Positions 1 through 11,574 of a stretch of 64,000 nucleotides of DNA are shown here, piece by piece; the first letter of the stretch is position 1; every line of letters starts with the position of its first letter. Under the pieces are notes generated by a model. The model saw only the letters and a program-made list of their open reading frames with translations, was not told the origin of the DNA and did not search any database. The stretch is from a virus (Duplodnaviria > Heunggongvirae > Uroviricota > Caudoviricetes): IMG/VR virus record IMGVR_UViG_3300030294_000676, one strand, 5' to 3'. The position numbers and the translations under genes are program-made.

Positions 1-2
1 TT

Positions 3-371
3 ACAACTATAGGTATTCCTTATATTAAACCTGGATCATCATTAATTCAAGCAGGAATTCCTCCATTATATGCATATGCAACTCTTGAATTAGGTGCTTC
101 AGCAGGTGAATTTTCACATCAATTAGATCTTACTGAATCACCAGTACATAATCATCCAAATGGTATTGCGGATGATAATGGTTCTTTCTTTGTATATAAT
201 AAAGTAACTACAGGAATGCCTGGTAATGCTACAAATACAATAGTTGGTGAAAATAATGCACGTACTTATCAAGGTCTTACAGGTAACGCTGGTGGAGATA
301 GTGGAGTAACAATGCCTCATAATAATATGCCTCCTTACTTTGTAGTTAATTATATACTAAGAATAAAATAA
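3..371 (+). CDS. Phage tail-collar domain protein (3' part; gene starts before the window)
   Basis: Frame 3 is open from base 3 to TAA 369-371. It reads ...GEFSHQLDLTESPVHNH...GNAGGDSGVTMPHNNMPPYFVVNYILRIK*, the typical tail-collar C-terminus (HxL.....P.HxH; HNNMPPY.VVNYI). Not in the ORF track. Confidence 0.8.
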   Translation, partial: TTIGIPYIKPGSSLIQAGIPPLYAYATLELGASAGEFSHQLDLTESPVHNHPNGIADDNGSFFVYNKVTTGMPGNATNTIVGENNARTYQGLTGNAGGDSGVTMPHNNMPPYFVVNYILRIK

Positions 372-372
372 A

Positions 373-3300
373 ATGGCATTACCAATAATAAATTTATCAA
401 TAACTAATTCTATATACGGGATTCCTGAATCAGGAACCCTGTTATATGAATATGCTCCTTTTTATAATTTATTGAATCCTAGTGCAACTGTACCTGAAAA
501 ATCTCTTTTACCGTTAAGATTAGATGCTGATGTAGCAAAAGTAAATATTGATCATCCTATAGCGATTACTACTGAAGTATCTTATGATGATTCAGTAAAT
601 ATAATAGTTACGGATGATGTTAATCCTCCTAAAATCATAAATTCTAGATTCTATTTGACAAGTTCAACTGAATATAAAATTGCAGATAGACATGGTAACT
701 TAGACACAAATATTTATTCAGCTGACAATTTTAAAATTGAAGCAAGTTTAATAAAGAATACTAATAAAATTACTACTATTGATTTTTTAGGAATTAAAGA
801 TGGTGGTAATATGAAAGTTGGAAATTATACTTTTTATTTTAAATTAGCAGATTATGATGGAAATGAATCAGATTTTATTGCTGAATCAGGAAAAGTAATA
901 TGTCACATAGGAACAGTAAATTCACCTAAATCAATAAGAGGAGGTCAATTAGATGAGAATAGTAATAAAGTTATTAAATTTAGATTAAACAATTTAGATT
1001 TAGCTTATGATTACATTAATATATATTATACAAGATCTACAGGTGATGGAGATTCTGAAATAGTTAAAACATATTTTATTGAAGACAAATTTAAAATTGT
1101 AAACAATAATACTGAAATTTCTATTACAGGTTATGAAAATCATACTGAAATTACAACAGATAGTATTAATATTAAATATGCAAATTTTGATTCAGTAAAA
1201 ACATTGGCAACTTGTCAAAATATTTGTTTTGCTGGAAATATTACAAATAATTATGAAGTATTTAAAACATTAGAAAAGTATAGTTTATATGCTATACCTA
1301 CTCCTATGTATGATACTAATGGCATTGGATATTTAGATGAAAATTATAATGAAAGATATCCATTTATAGGAAATGAATATTTTAATGCAAATAATATATA
1401 TTATAAATTAGGATATTGAGATGAAGAAGTTTATCGATTAGGAATAGTTTATATTATGAATGATTATACATTATCTCCAGTATTTAATATTAGAGGTAAA
1501 AAAGTTATTAATGAAAATACAATATATTCATATCTTCCTAAAATTGGAGATGATATTAATTATGGAGATGATTATTTAATCGAAGGTACTGATGAAAATG
1601 TAAAAGGTGTATTCAAAATAGATATGACTGAAAAGTCAATGATGAATGGAACTTTATCAATTAAACCAATTGGTTTAAAAGTATCATTTCAAAATGATGA
1701 ACTTGGAAATAGTGTATTAGAAGGATCTGATATAATTGATGGTTTAAAAGACATAACTAAAGGATTTTTTATTGTTAGACAAAAAAGAATTCCTACTATA
1801 TTAGCTCAGGCTGTAGGTATATCTACATCAACAAAAGCATACACTCCAACTTTAAAAATTGTAAATAACAATTATAAAGAAGATATTAATGATGCTCATT
1901 TTGGACAATCTTTCTTAACTACAACTAATAGTCCTACAAATAATTCAGGTAAACCTAAATTAGGAACAAGTTTATTTAAAGTAGATGATATTAATCATAA
2001 TGCATTACTTTGTCCAGAAGCTACTTTAAAAGTAAATACATTTAATTCATTTTTTAATTCATCTGAATTCTTATTAAGAACTACTAAGTATACTCGTTCT
2101 AATAAATCATTTATAAATAATTCCAAAGATTATTTAAATTTAATATTAGAAAATACTATTCCAAAAGTATCAGATGTTACAGAAATTAATACCCCAATTA
2201 CTTTAATTGAACCAGGTATTGAATTAATTAAAAATAGTAAATTCTCATTTAGTTCACAAGCAGGTAATGATATTGATGTTTCTAAATATGCAGATCCTAA
2301 ATATGGAGCATATGAAGATTTAGAAAATACAGTTACTGATGATAATGTAAATTATACATCTACTAAAGTTAGAGGTATATTTAATACTTATTTAGCAACT
2401 GAATCAGATGCTATTGTTGATGGTGAATACTATAATATTTTTCAAAAAGATTATAATTTTAATGTAAGTTGAAAAGATTACTTTAAAATAAGATATAATA
2501 ATTCTTCTCCATTTTTTCCTATTACTGATAGAATTGAATGAAGTAAATTATCTGGAACTGACTCAAAATATATTAATAATATTTTTAGAGGTGATTGTTA
2601 TATAAATACAGTAACTCAAAGAATGACTTGAAATTTTACTGATGGTGAAGTTCCAACTAATAAAAAAATTATAGATCCTTGAACTTGATATAAAAATTTT
2701 AGAGTTATTAATAAAGCTTCTACAATTGTTAAGTCAGGTGGAACAGATGGAACACTTACAACTGAATCATTATCGTATAGAAAACTTTTACCCGTTTTTA
2801 CTTATAGAGGAAACTTTGTTGCATCATTCTCAGGAGAAACTAGTGATGGAGAACCTGGAAATAATTCAATAATTGAAGCTGATGGTAAGAAGTTCAAAAA
2901 GTATTCTGAAATTAATGGATTATTTGGATCACAGAAGATTAATAAACCTGATGTTAATGCAGTTCCTTTAGGTTATTGAGTTACAATTAAAGTTTGCAGT
3001 AATACTAATTTAGCAATGAGAGATGTAGATTTTTCAAATCCAATGGAAGAAGCTGTTCATAAAAAGAAAAGAGGATTCTATCCTTATCATTCAATTGATA
3101 TGCAAGATAGTTTACCTGAATCTCATATAATTAATGGAGGTATTAGTAAATCATTAGGAGATAAAAATTATTTTGAAATCCCTGATGTTCCTTTTATCAA
3201 AACTTCATTTACAAATAGAATCAATTATTCAAATAAATTACAACAATCATCATTTGTAAATGGAACTCGTATATTCGAATCTCCAAATTATCAAGATTAT

Positions 3301-4632
3301 ACTCTTGAACATGGTGAACTTGTAAAATTAGAGGAATGATATGGAACACTTATTGCTGTTATGGAACATGGAGTATTAATGATTCCTGTAAACGAAAGAG
3401 CAATGATGACAAATGCACAAGGAGATAATGTATACATTAATACTGATACAGTACTTCCTAAAAATCCTAAAGTATTATCAAATACATTTGGATCTATGTG
3501 AGCAGATTCTATAATTAAAACATCTAAGTTTATTTACGGTATTGATACTGTTGCTAAAAAGATTTGGAGAACTAATGGACAACAATTTGAAGTTATATCT
3601 GATTTGAAAATTCAAAAATTCTTAAATGATCATATTAATTTAAAAGAATCTGATTATGATAATAGTATAAATGTAAATTTTGTAAAATCACATTATAACG
3701 CATTTAAACAAGATGTTATGTTTGTGTTTAAATATAATAATGTATCTTGACATTTATGTCATAGTGAACTTACAAACAAATGGGTTACTCAATATACATG
3801 GTTTCCAGAATTTTCAGAAAATATAAATAATATTTTTTATACCTTTGCAAATACAGAGAAGCATGAAAATGCATCTAATTACTTGTATAAACACGGATTT
3901 GCGGGATTCGAAGAAGAGCAAGGAACAATTCTTCCAACTTATTGGTATGATGCCCAATATCCATTCGAATTTGAATTTGTTGCTAATGGAATTCCTGGAG
4001 TTCAGAAAATATTTAATAACTTAAAAATTATATCTAATTTAGCAGAACCCAACTCATTTTATTATGAAGTTGTTGGCGAAGGATTTGATTGGAATAAAGA
4101 TAAAGATTTAATATTAAAATTAAATAACATCACAATAAATAATGTTAATGGAGTTAATTTAACTGGAATCACAGATTTAGATGAACGCTATAGACTTTAT
4201 TTAATTGCAAAACCTTTAACACCAAAACTTCCTTATATTATTACACAAAAAGATAGTAATTCTAATAGTGAATATTTTGATATTAATTTACCAAATTCAT
4301 TTTATGGAAATTTAATACGTACTAAAGATATAAGTATTAAAGAACATAATAAAACTAAAGAAAAATTAGTTAACAGTTATCAACAAGGTTTAAACCTTAA
4401 ACAATTTGGTAGAGTAAAAGGTAATATGCAATATATGGAAGATTCTTGAGATATTCAAATTCAACCAATTAATTTTACTTATGCTTATGTTAAAAATAAT
4501 GAATTATTATTTACTAAAGCAAATGAAATGAAAATTAGAGATAAATATATTAAAATACGAGTAAAATATGATGGTACACAATATGCAGTCATTAATGCTC
4601 TAAGAACATTATTCACTATAAGTTATGCCTAA
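373..4632 (+). CDS. crAss-like tail stabilization/muzzle protein, 1419 aa, 11 in-frame TGA read as Trp
   Basis: Track ORFs 373, 1456, 3016 and 3883 share one frame and are separated only by TGA. Read-through restores crAss muzzle motifs YYKLGY-W-DEEVYRLGIVYI, FRGDCYI, DVNAVPLGY-W-VT, EHGVLMIPVNERA, GSM-W-ADSIIKT, YGIDTVAKKIWRTNG and MKIRDKYIKIRVKY. Ends at TAA 4630-4632. Confidence 0.9.
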
Positions 4633-5764
4633 AGAATTAATTAAAAAATATCAAACACCATCTGGATCTTTACAACAATTAAGTTCTAAGAATTCATATT
4701 TATCTACAAATAGTCTAGATATAAATAAAATTATAAAAGGACTTAATAAAAACTTAGGTATGAATGCAAATGGATCTACTATTAAATCAGGTTCAACACA
4801 AATCCCAGGAGCAGCACCCGCTGCTTCTGTAGGATCTGAAATACTTGGAGAAGCTCCACAACTATTAGAAACTGGATTACAAGCAGCAGGTTTAAAACGT
4901 GCTGAAACTGGCTCAGATTTAGAAGAGGGTACAATGGGACTTATGGATAAAGGAGCTGGTATGATGCTTAAATCTGGTAATCCTGCATTAATGGGAATCG
5001 GAGCTGGTCTTACTGCTCTTACAACATTAAATAAATTTGCAGGAACTACAGCTAAAAAGCAAGGTACTACTGGATTAGATACTGGAGCATATTCATTTAA
5101 TATGAATACTAATGCTGGAAAGAAACAGACTTTATTAGGTACTTGAGCTGGTAAAACTAGAAATGCTAACAATTTGACTAAATATGATGATAAACAGAAT
5201 TTACTTGCGGGTAATTCTATGTTTCAAAGTAAACAGAATATGTTAGCTTCTGCGAATTCATTTGGAGACATCGCTACCAAAAATCAACAGAAATTGTTTG
5301 GAGGTATAACAACTAATATATTAGCTGCAAAACGCGGAAGTAAACTACAAATGACTAATATTAAAAATCGGGTTAATTATTCTTTAAGAGTTAAACCGAT
5401 CATAGAAGTAATTGAAGTTCCTGAAATAGATGTATTTGAAGATGGTGGTAAATTTAATGTTATACCTGATGGAGCATTACATGCTAGAAAACACGATCTG
5501 CCAGAAGAAATTTCAGAACAAGTTACTGATAAAGGTATTCCGGTTGTAACAATGGATGAAGGTGGTGCTATAACTCAACACGCAGAAATTGAACTTAATG
5601 AAATCATTTTTAATAAAGATGTTACAGACAAGTTAGAAGAGATGTTTAAACAATATAAAGATGGAGATGAAGACATAGCACTTAAAGCTGGTAAGTTGTT
5701 AGTTTATGAGATATTAGAAAATACTCAAGACAATACAGGACTTATAGAAACTGTTGAAGCTTAA
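4625..5764 (+). CDS. crAss-like virion cargo/structural protein, 379 aa (1 TGA=Trp)
   Basis: ORFs 4625 and 5174 are in frame across TGA 5144. Contains the crAss-type motif FEDGGKFNVIPDGALHARKH...KGIPV...QHAEIE and a Gly/Ala-rich hydrophobic segment. Ends TAA. Confidence 0.75.
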
Positions 5765-5818
5765 TCTTTGTAATTAAAAATTTAATCAGTTTATAGATAT
5801 TATATGGAAAAATTATTA

Positions 5819-5826
5819 TACTTTTG
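5819..5826 (+). promoter_or_regulatory. Bacteroidota-type -7 promoter element upstream of the HNH gene
   Basis: TACTTTTG matches TAnnTTTG. It lies in an AT-rich intergenic gap 21 nt before ATG 5848. Confidence 0.55.
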
Positions 5827-5847
5827 TATAATATCAAAAAATAAAAT

Positions 5848-6495
5848 ATGGGTTATAAGAAAGAATCTAAAATATGTGAACATTGTGGAGCTGAATTTCA
5901 AGGGATAAAAACTAGAAAATATTGCAGTCAAGAATGTTCACATAATTCTAGAAAATTAAGAAAGATATTAATTTGTGAAGAATGTAATAAAGAGTATGAA
6001 GTTCAAGAATATAGAGATTCTAAATTTTGTTCGCATGAATGTAAAGTTAAAAATAAAAGTTCAGATATAATAGCAATACAATGTACTAATTGTGGTTCAA
6101 ATTTTAATAGAAAAGAACATCTTATTAATTCTACAAATAATTTCTGTTGTAAAAAATGTTCAGAAGAATACACAATAGGTAAAAATCATTATGAATGAAA
6201 AGAATGTAATCATATTGAAGGAAGAAAAGACGCATTTAGAAAATGAGGAAAATTAGTAAAAACTCGAGATAATTATACTTGTCAAAATTGTGGTAATTCT
6301 GAAAAAACTATACAACATGCTCATCATATTATTCCAAAATCAATTGATAACTCATTAGAATTTGATGAAACTAATGGAATAACTTTGTGTATATATTGTC
6401 ATTATATTGCTCATGATGGAGATATAAAATCTCAACGATTAATTAATGAATATATAAAAAATTATGAAATATACAATATCAAATCAAATGAATAA
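5848..6495 (+). CDS. Free-standing HNH homing endonuclease with N-terminal CxxC repeats, 215 aa (2 TGA=Trp)
   Basis: Three CxxC...CSxxC repeats. After TGA 6196 and a second TGA the frame continues TRDNYTCQNCG...HAHHIIP...NGITLCIYCHYIAH (HNH fold) to TAA 6493-6495. Confidence 0.85.
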
Positions 6496-6724
6496 TATCC
6501 AAAGTTTTAAATCGGGTGGTATTCATATTAATCCTGCAAATAAAGGAAAATTTACTGCAACTAAAAAGAAAACTGGAAAATCTACAGAAGAACTTACACA
6601 TAGTAAAAATCCATTAACGAAGAAACGTGCAATTTTTGCTCAAAATGCAAAAAAATGACATCATGAAAATGGAGGAATTTTAAATAGTATTATCCCTGAG
6701 ATATTAACCAAATGAAAGAAATAA
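6488..6724 (+). CDS. Small basic crAss-like virion protein, 78 aa (TGA=Trp)
   Basis: FKSGGIHINPANKGKFTA...AIFAQNAKK-W-HH matches, from recollection, the crAss IHIKPENRGKFT...FAxNARKWKH family. Ends TGA-AAG-AAA-TAA overlapping the next ATG. Confidence 0.7.
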
Positions 6725-7290
6725 AAATAGAGATTGGTAATAAAGAATATACGGTTAAACTTGCTGAATCTGATGAAGATCATGATAAAGGATTACAAGG
6801 TGTAACTGAATTACCTGAAAACGAAGGAATGTTATTTATATTTAATGAGCCTGATGAGATTTCTTTCTATATGAAAGATACTCATATTCCATTAGATATA
6901 ATTTTTATAGATGAAGAAATGAACGTTATATCAGTTCATGAAGGAGTACCTGAATCAGAAGACTTAATCACAGAACAAAATGTGATGTATGTGTTAGAAT
7001 TAAACAAAGATTCTGGAGTTAAAGAAGGTGATGAACTAGAATTCAAACCTGATAATAAACTAAAATCAGATAAAATGCACGTGTTAGATGCAGAAGGAAA
7101 TTCTCAAATGGAATTAGTTGGTGGTGAAAGAATATTTAGTCGGACACATACTAAAACATTAATTAAGTTTGCGAAAAAAGCTGCAATAACTAATAATGAT
7201 AATGATTACAAAACATTAGGTAAAAGAATGTTTAAGTTTTTACAGGTACAGTCTGAAACTGATCCTGAATATGTAAAATCCAAAAATTAA
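6712..7290 (+). CDS. DUF192 domain protein
   Basis: VKLAESDEDHDKGL...EGMLFIF...SFYMKDTHIPLDIIFID...YVLELN is the DUF192 signature. Ends TAA. Confidence 0.85.
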   Translation: MKEIKIEIGNKEYTVKLAESDEDHDKGLQGVTELPENEGMLFIFNEPDEISFYMKDTHIPLDIIFIDEEMNVISVHEGVPESEDLITEQNVMYVLELNKDSGVKEGDELEFKPDNKLKSDKMHVLDAEGNSQMELVGGERIFSRTHTKTLIKFAKKAAITNNDNDYKTLGKRMFKFLQVQSETDPEYVKSKN

Positions 7291-7298
7291 TAATTAAA

Positions 7299-7595
7299 AT
7301 GAAAGTAAAATTTTTACAAGAAGGTGGAGCAGCTCCTGCTCCAGAACAAGGTGCAGCTCCGGCAGCAGCACCTGCAGAAGGTGGACAACAAGGTGGTGGA
7401 GCAGAAGAACAAGTTGCTCAAATGGCACAACAAATTGTTCAACAATTAGGACCAGAAGCAGCTGCTATGTTAGCACAAATGATCATGCAAATGCTTCAAG
7501 GTGCACAAGGTGAACAAGGTGGAGCTCCAGAAGCACAAGGTCAACCTACTTACCAAAGAAAAGGCGGTAAACTAGTATTCGTGGGCAGAAAATAA
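7299..7595 (+). CDS. Small Gln/Ala/Gly-rich putative virion protein
   Basis: 98 aa ORF starting MKVKFLQEGG and ending RKGGKLVFVGRK; similar N-terminal motif to neighbouring cargo genes. Confidence 0.6.
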   Translation: MKVKFLQEGGAAPAPEQGAAPAAAPAEGGQQGGGAEEQVAQMAQQIVQQLGPEAAAMLAQMIMQMLQGAQGEQGGAPEAQGQPTYQRKGGKLVFVGRK

Positions 7596-7603
7596 GCCTA
7601 CCT

Positions 7604-7645
7604 TAAAAGGGAAGCAGTAAAAAACCTGTTTCCCTTTTATTGTTT
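7604..7645 (+). terminator. Intrinsic terminator-like hairpin
   Basis: TAAAAGGGAAGCAG-(8 nt loop)-CTGTTTCCCTTTTA followed by TTGTTT, directly after the TAA of the 7299 gene. Confidence 0.65.
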
Positions 7646-7665
7646 AATTTAAAAAAATTATAAAC

Positions 7666-10600
7666 ATGGCATTAGTAAGAAAATTACAAACGGGAAGTAA
7701 AGCTCCTGATCCAAATAATACTCCAAAAGATTATTCTCAGGTAGAAAAGGCATTATACGATAATTTGTATTCGATGTCTTCTAAAGAAGCTAGAAGAGCT
7801 AAGCCTGCTTACGATCAAGTAGCTGCTCTTGTAAAAAGTGGAGCTATGGATAAAGCTTTAAAATTTAATCCAGATCAAACATATAGTATTGACACATCTC
7901 AACTTCCAGAAGAATTAAAGAAATTCAACTGAACAGGTCATGACGAACCTCTTAGTAAAGATATGTTAGGATTAGGTGTTAAGATTAGAGGTAATGATGC
8001 TGATAAAGAATCACTTAGTTCAGCAATGAATGCACTAAGAACACACATAGAGTCAACAAATTCTACTACAACTCCAACAGCGCAAACAGGGTATTCAAAA
8101 GAAGTACAAGGTTTAACTAATATTGTATCAAATAAACATTATCATGATGATGTTAATGCACTTGCTACACATTTAAATACTTTCAAAACTAATGATGAAA
8201 GAAAAGCTAGAGTATTAGGTTGGGCAAAAGAAGGAGTTGATGATTATTTAAATGATTACACTAAGAATAAAGATTCTTACGATTATAAAGATTACGATAA
8301 TGCTCAGGCATTAAAACTTGCTTTAAGTGAACCAAATCCTAATTGGGATAAAGTAACTGAGAAAGCATATGCATTAGGTTGGAAAATGAATGATTATTTG
8401 ATTCCACCAAAAACACAAACTGAATTAGATGCAGAAAAGAAAGCTGCTGATGATGCAGCTGCTTTAACAGCAGCAACTGCTGCAAAAACTGCACCAGTAG
8501 TACCAACACCACATAAACCACAAGCATATATTCGTAAAACAACTACAACTTATTTTCATCCAAAAGAAAAACCAACTGCTACAGGTAGTGGTAAAGTTGG
8601 AGATATGTTATCTGGAAAAGGATCTACAGCAGATTATTTAGATGCTATTGCATTAGGTGGAGATGTTGTAAGTTTAGGTGGAACCGCTGCCGGACTTGCA
8701 GGAGGTTTAACATCAACAGCTGCAACATTAGGTTCAGATATATTACGTGGACATGGATTTGGAGAAACTGCTGGAAATGCTGCATTGAATTTAGGATTTA
8801 CAGCATTATCATTAATTCCAGGAGCAGCATCTGCTAAACTTGGTTTAAAAGGTGCTAAAACAGGTATTGAAATAGCTAAACTTGCAACTAAAGCTGAAAA
8901 GGCTGAACATATTCTTAAAATTGCAAAAACTGCAATTAAAGATGCAGAAGGTGTTGAATTAGTAGGTAAAGAATTATTAAATTTAAATAGAGCTAAAGCT
9001 ATTGTAAAATCAGCTGAGGGTTTAAGTGAAGTTGAAAAAGTTGCTAAAATTGCTAAATATGGAATTCCAGAAACTAAAGCTTTAGTAAAAGGAGCATTCA
9101 AACCAGCATCATCAATAGTATCAAAAGCTGCAAAATTAGCAAAACCTGCATTTTTAGGTTATGGTTTAGTAAATGCTGGAACAGCTGCTAGACAAACTGC
9201 ACAAGATATAGAAGAAGGTGGATTAGGAAATGTTTCTATTCAAGATGCTAGAGGTTTAGTACATGGTGTGCAAGCTGTTAAAGGTTTATATAATTTAGCA
9301 CAAGTACACGCTGGAACTACTAAAATTCAAACACAAGAAGCTAGTACGGACTTTAAATTAAAGAATGTACCAGAAGGTGTTGAATCTAAAATTACAATTC
9401 CTAAAGGAACTGATCCAGAAGTTGCAATTAATGAACATTTTGATAAAGTAATTGCACCTAAAAAATCAGTATTAGATGCTTTAAATGCAAAAGAAACTCC
9501 TGATGAAGGTGCTATTTCTAAACTTAAAGCTGAAATAGAAACTCTTGATGAAGCTAAAAAAGCTGCTAAAATTGATAAAGGTTGGTTAGGTATTAAAGGT
9601 AAAGTAGCTAAGGTTACGGGTATGAATGATAACAAAGCTAAATCAGAACGAGTTATAAAAGAAGAATCTGATCCACGTTCTTGATATGGTAAGAAATTCC
9701 AAGAAAGTGCTATTAGTAAATTACGTCAAGGTGAACAAAAGAATTTAGAAAAACTTAAAGATCCTAAAGTAAAAGCTATTCTTGGATTAGATAGAGCTAA
9801 TAAAGCCACTGATTATAAAAGAAAAATAAGTTTAAACAAAGCCTGAAACAAATATAATAAAAATATGGTAGAACATAAAGAAGGTGGAGTTATACAATTC
9901 CAACAAGGTGGAGCATTTAAAATGGATTTTTCTGTATTAGATAAAGCTTTAAAAGAAGGTAAACTTAGAAAGGCTGGATTTACTAATGAAACAATCGGAG
10001 CTTCTGGTCATACATTTACTAATAATAAAGGTCAATCTATGACATTGCCTGATTCTACAAAACAACCTATTATATCTGCACCTGTTATTAATAAACCAAT
10101 TGTTCCTACTAAATTAGTTGGTACTATTGCACCTAAAGTTACAGTTGCACCAACAGCTAATACTACATATAAACATCCAGGTTCAGGTAATTATTTACCT
10201 TATAGTGATTTAAAAGATGTATCTACATGGCAAACTAAAGATGGAGGGTATACTCCTGAATACACTAATTTTGTTAATGGTCTTGATGAAAATTGGTTAG
10301 CTAGAAATAAAGAAGATTTAAATAAATTTATTCAATCTGCTGGAAGTAATGTATCAGTAAAAGATTTAGCACAAGTTAAAGGATTAGCTACTGATAATAA
10401 ATATGGTCCATATCATAATTATATGACTAATAAATTTAATGAATCTGCTACAAGATTAGAACCTAAAAATAAAGGATTTGATGTTGCCGCAGTAAAACTT
10501 CCAACTAATTTATTTGGAAACACAACTACACCAACTACACAATCTGGAACAACAGTTAATAAACAAAGTGAAGGAATTAAATTTCCTAAACTTAATAAAG

Positions 10601-11574
10601 TTGATTTATTAAATACAGCAATGTATTTAAATACAGTTAGAACTAATAAAGATATTGGAAATGCTCAAAGGAAAGGTGTTGCAGATAGTATGTACACATT
10701 ACCTTATATGTCAAATACTTATATTAGAGCTGATAGACCACATACTTTAGAAGCTGACAAACAAGCTGCTGCTGTTAACAGTAAAACTGCTAGAATGGCT
10801 GCTTCAACTGCTGACATTGATAAAGGATTTAGTGTTAGATTATCTGGAATTAATCAAGGTAATATTTTAAAAGATAAAGCTCAAATGGCAGATACTCAAA
10901 GACTTGATCAAATGCGTGGACAACAATTACAAATGAACGCTAATACCGCTAAATATAATACTGAAGTTCTTGGTAAGAATAGAGGTTTAGCCGCTAACGC
11001 ATTTGGAAAAATCCACGGAATAAATGCGCTTCAAAGTTCAGCTCAGAATACAGCTCTTAATGTTCTATTATTAGCTAATCAGAAAAACGATATAATGAAA
11101 AAACAACGTGAAGGTCAAACTGGAATGTTTAATATTTTACAAGATCCTAAATATAAACAATTAGGTGAAGAGTATAATACATTAGCTGATGAAACTAATA
11201 ATTCATTTAGAAAGAATTATGATACTCAAATGAAAACTCCTGGAATAACTCCTATTGATTGGGAAAAATCATCTGATTATGCTAAATGACAAACTGCTCT
11301 TAAAGCTAAAGAATCTCAAATTAAACCATTTAATGAACGTTTAAAAAATATTCAAATGGCTATGATGTACGGACAATCTTTAAAGAAAGGTGGACAAATA
11401 GCTAAAAAAGTAGAAGCAGACAGAAAACAATTTTATAAAGTAATTCATAGTGTTAATAATCCTGTGGATAAACATAATATAGATTTGAGTCAAACTGAAA
11501 CAAATGCTTTAGATTCAGATAAATTATTTTATGAGACAATAGCATCAAACAATAAGAAAGTAAATGCAAAATAA
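7666..11574 (+). CDS. Large virion cargo (ejection) protein, 1302 aa (4 TGA=Trp)
   Basis: Track ORFs 7666, 7963, 9865 and 11356 share a frame, joined by TGA at 7930, 9682, 9844 and 11287. Gly/Ala hydrophobic stretches and repeated xQxGG motifs. Ends TAA overlapping the next ATG. Confidence 0.75.

Noticed and set aside
138-320. 60-aa minus-strand ORF
   Set aside because: Opposite the tail-collar gene, whose frame has recognisable motifs.
4651-5172. Antisense 173-aa ORF (also 8339-8542, 8634-9101, 9327-9635, 12437-12640 and 16747-17001)
   Set aside because: Shadows of the + strand cargo genes; low-complexity translations with no motifs.
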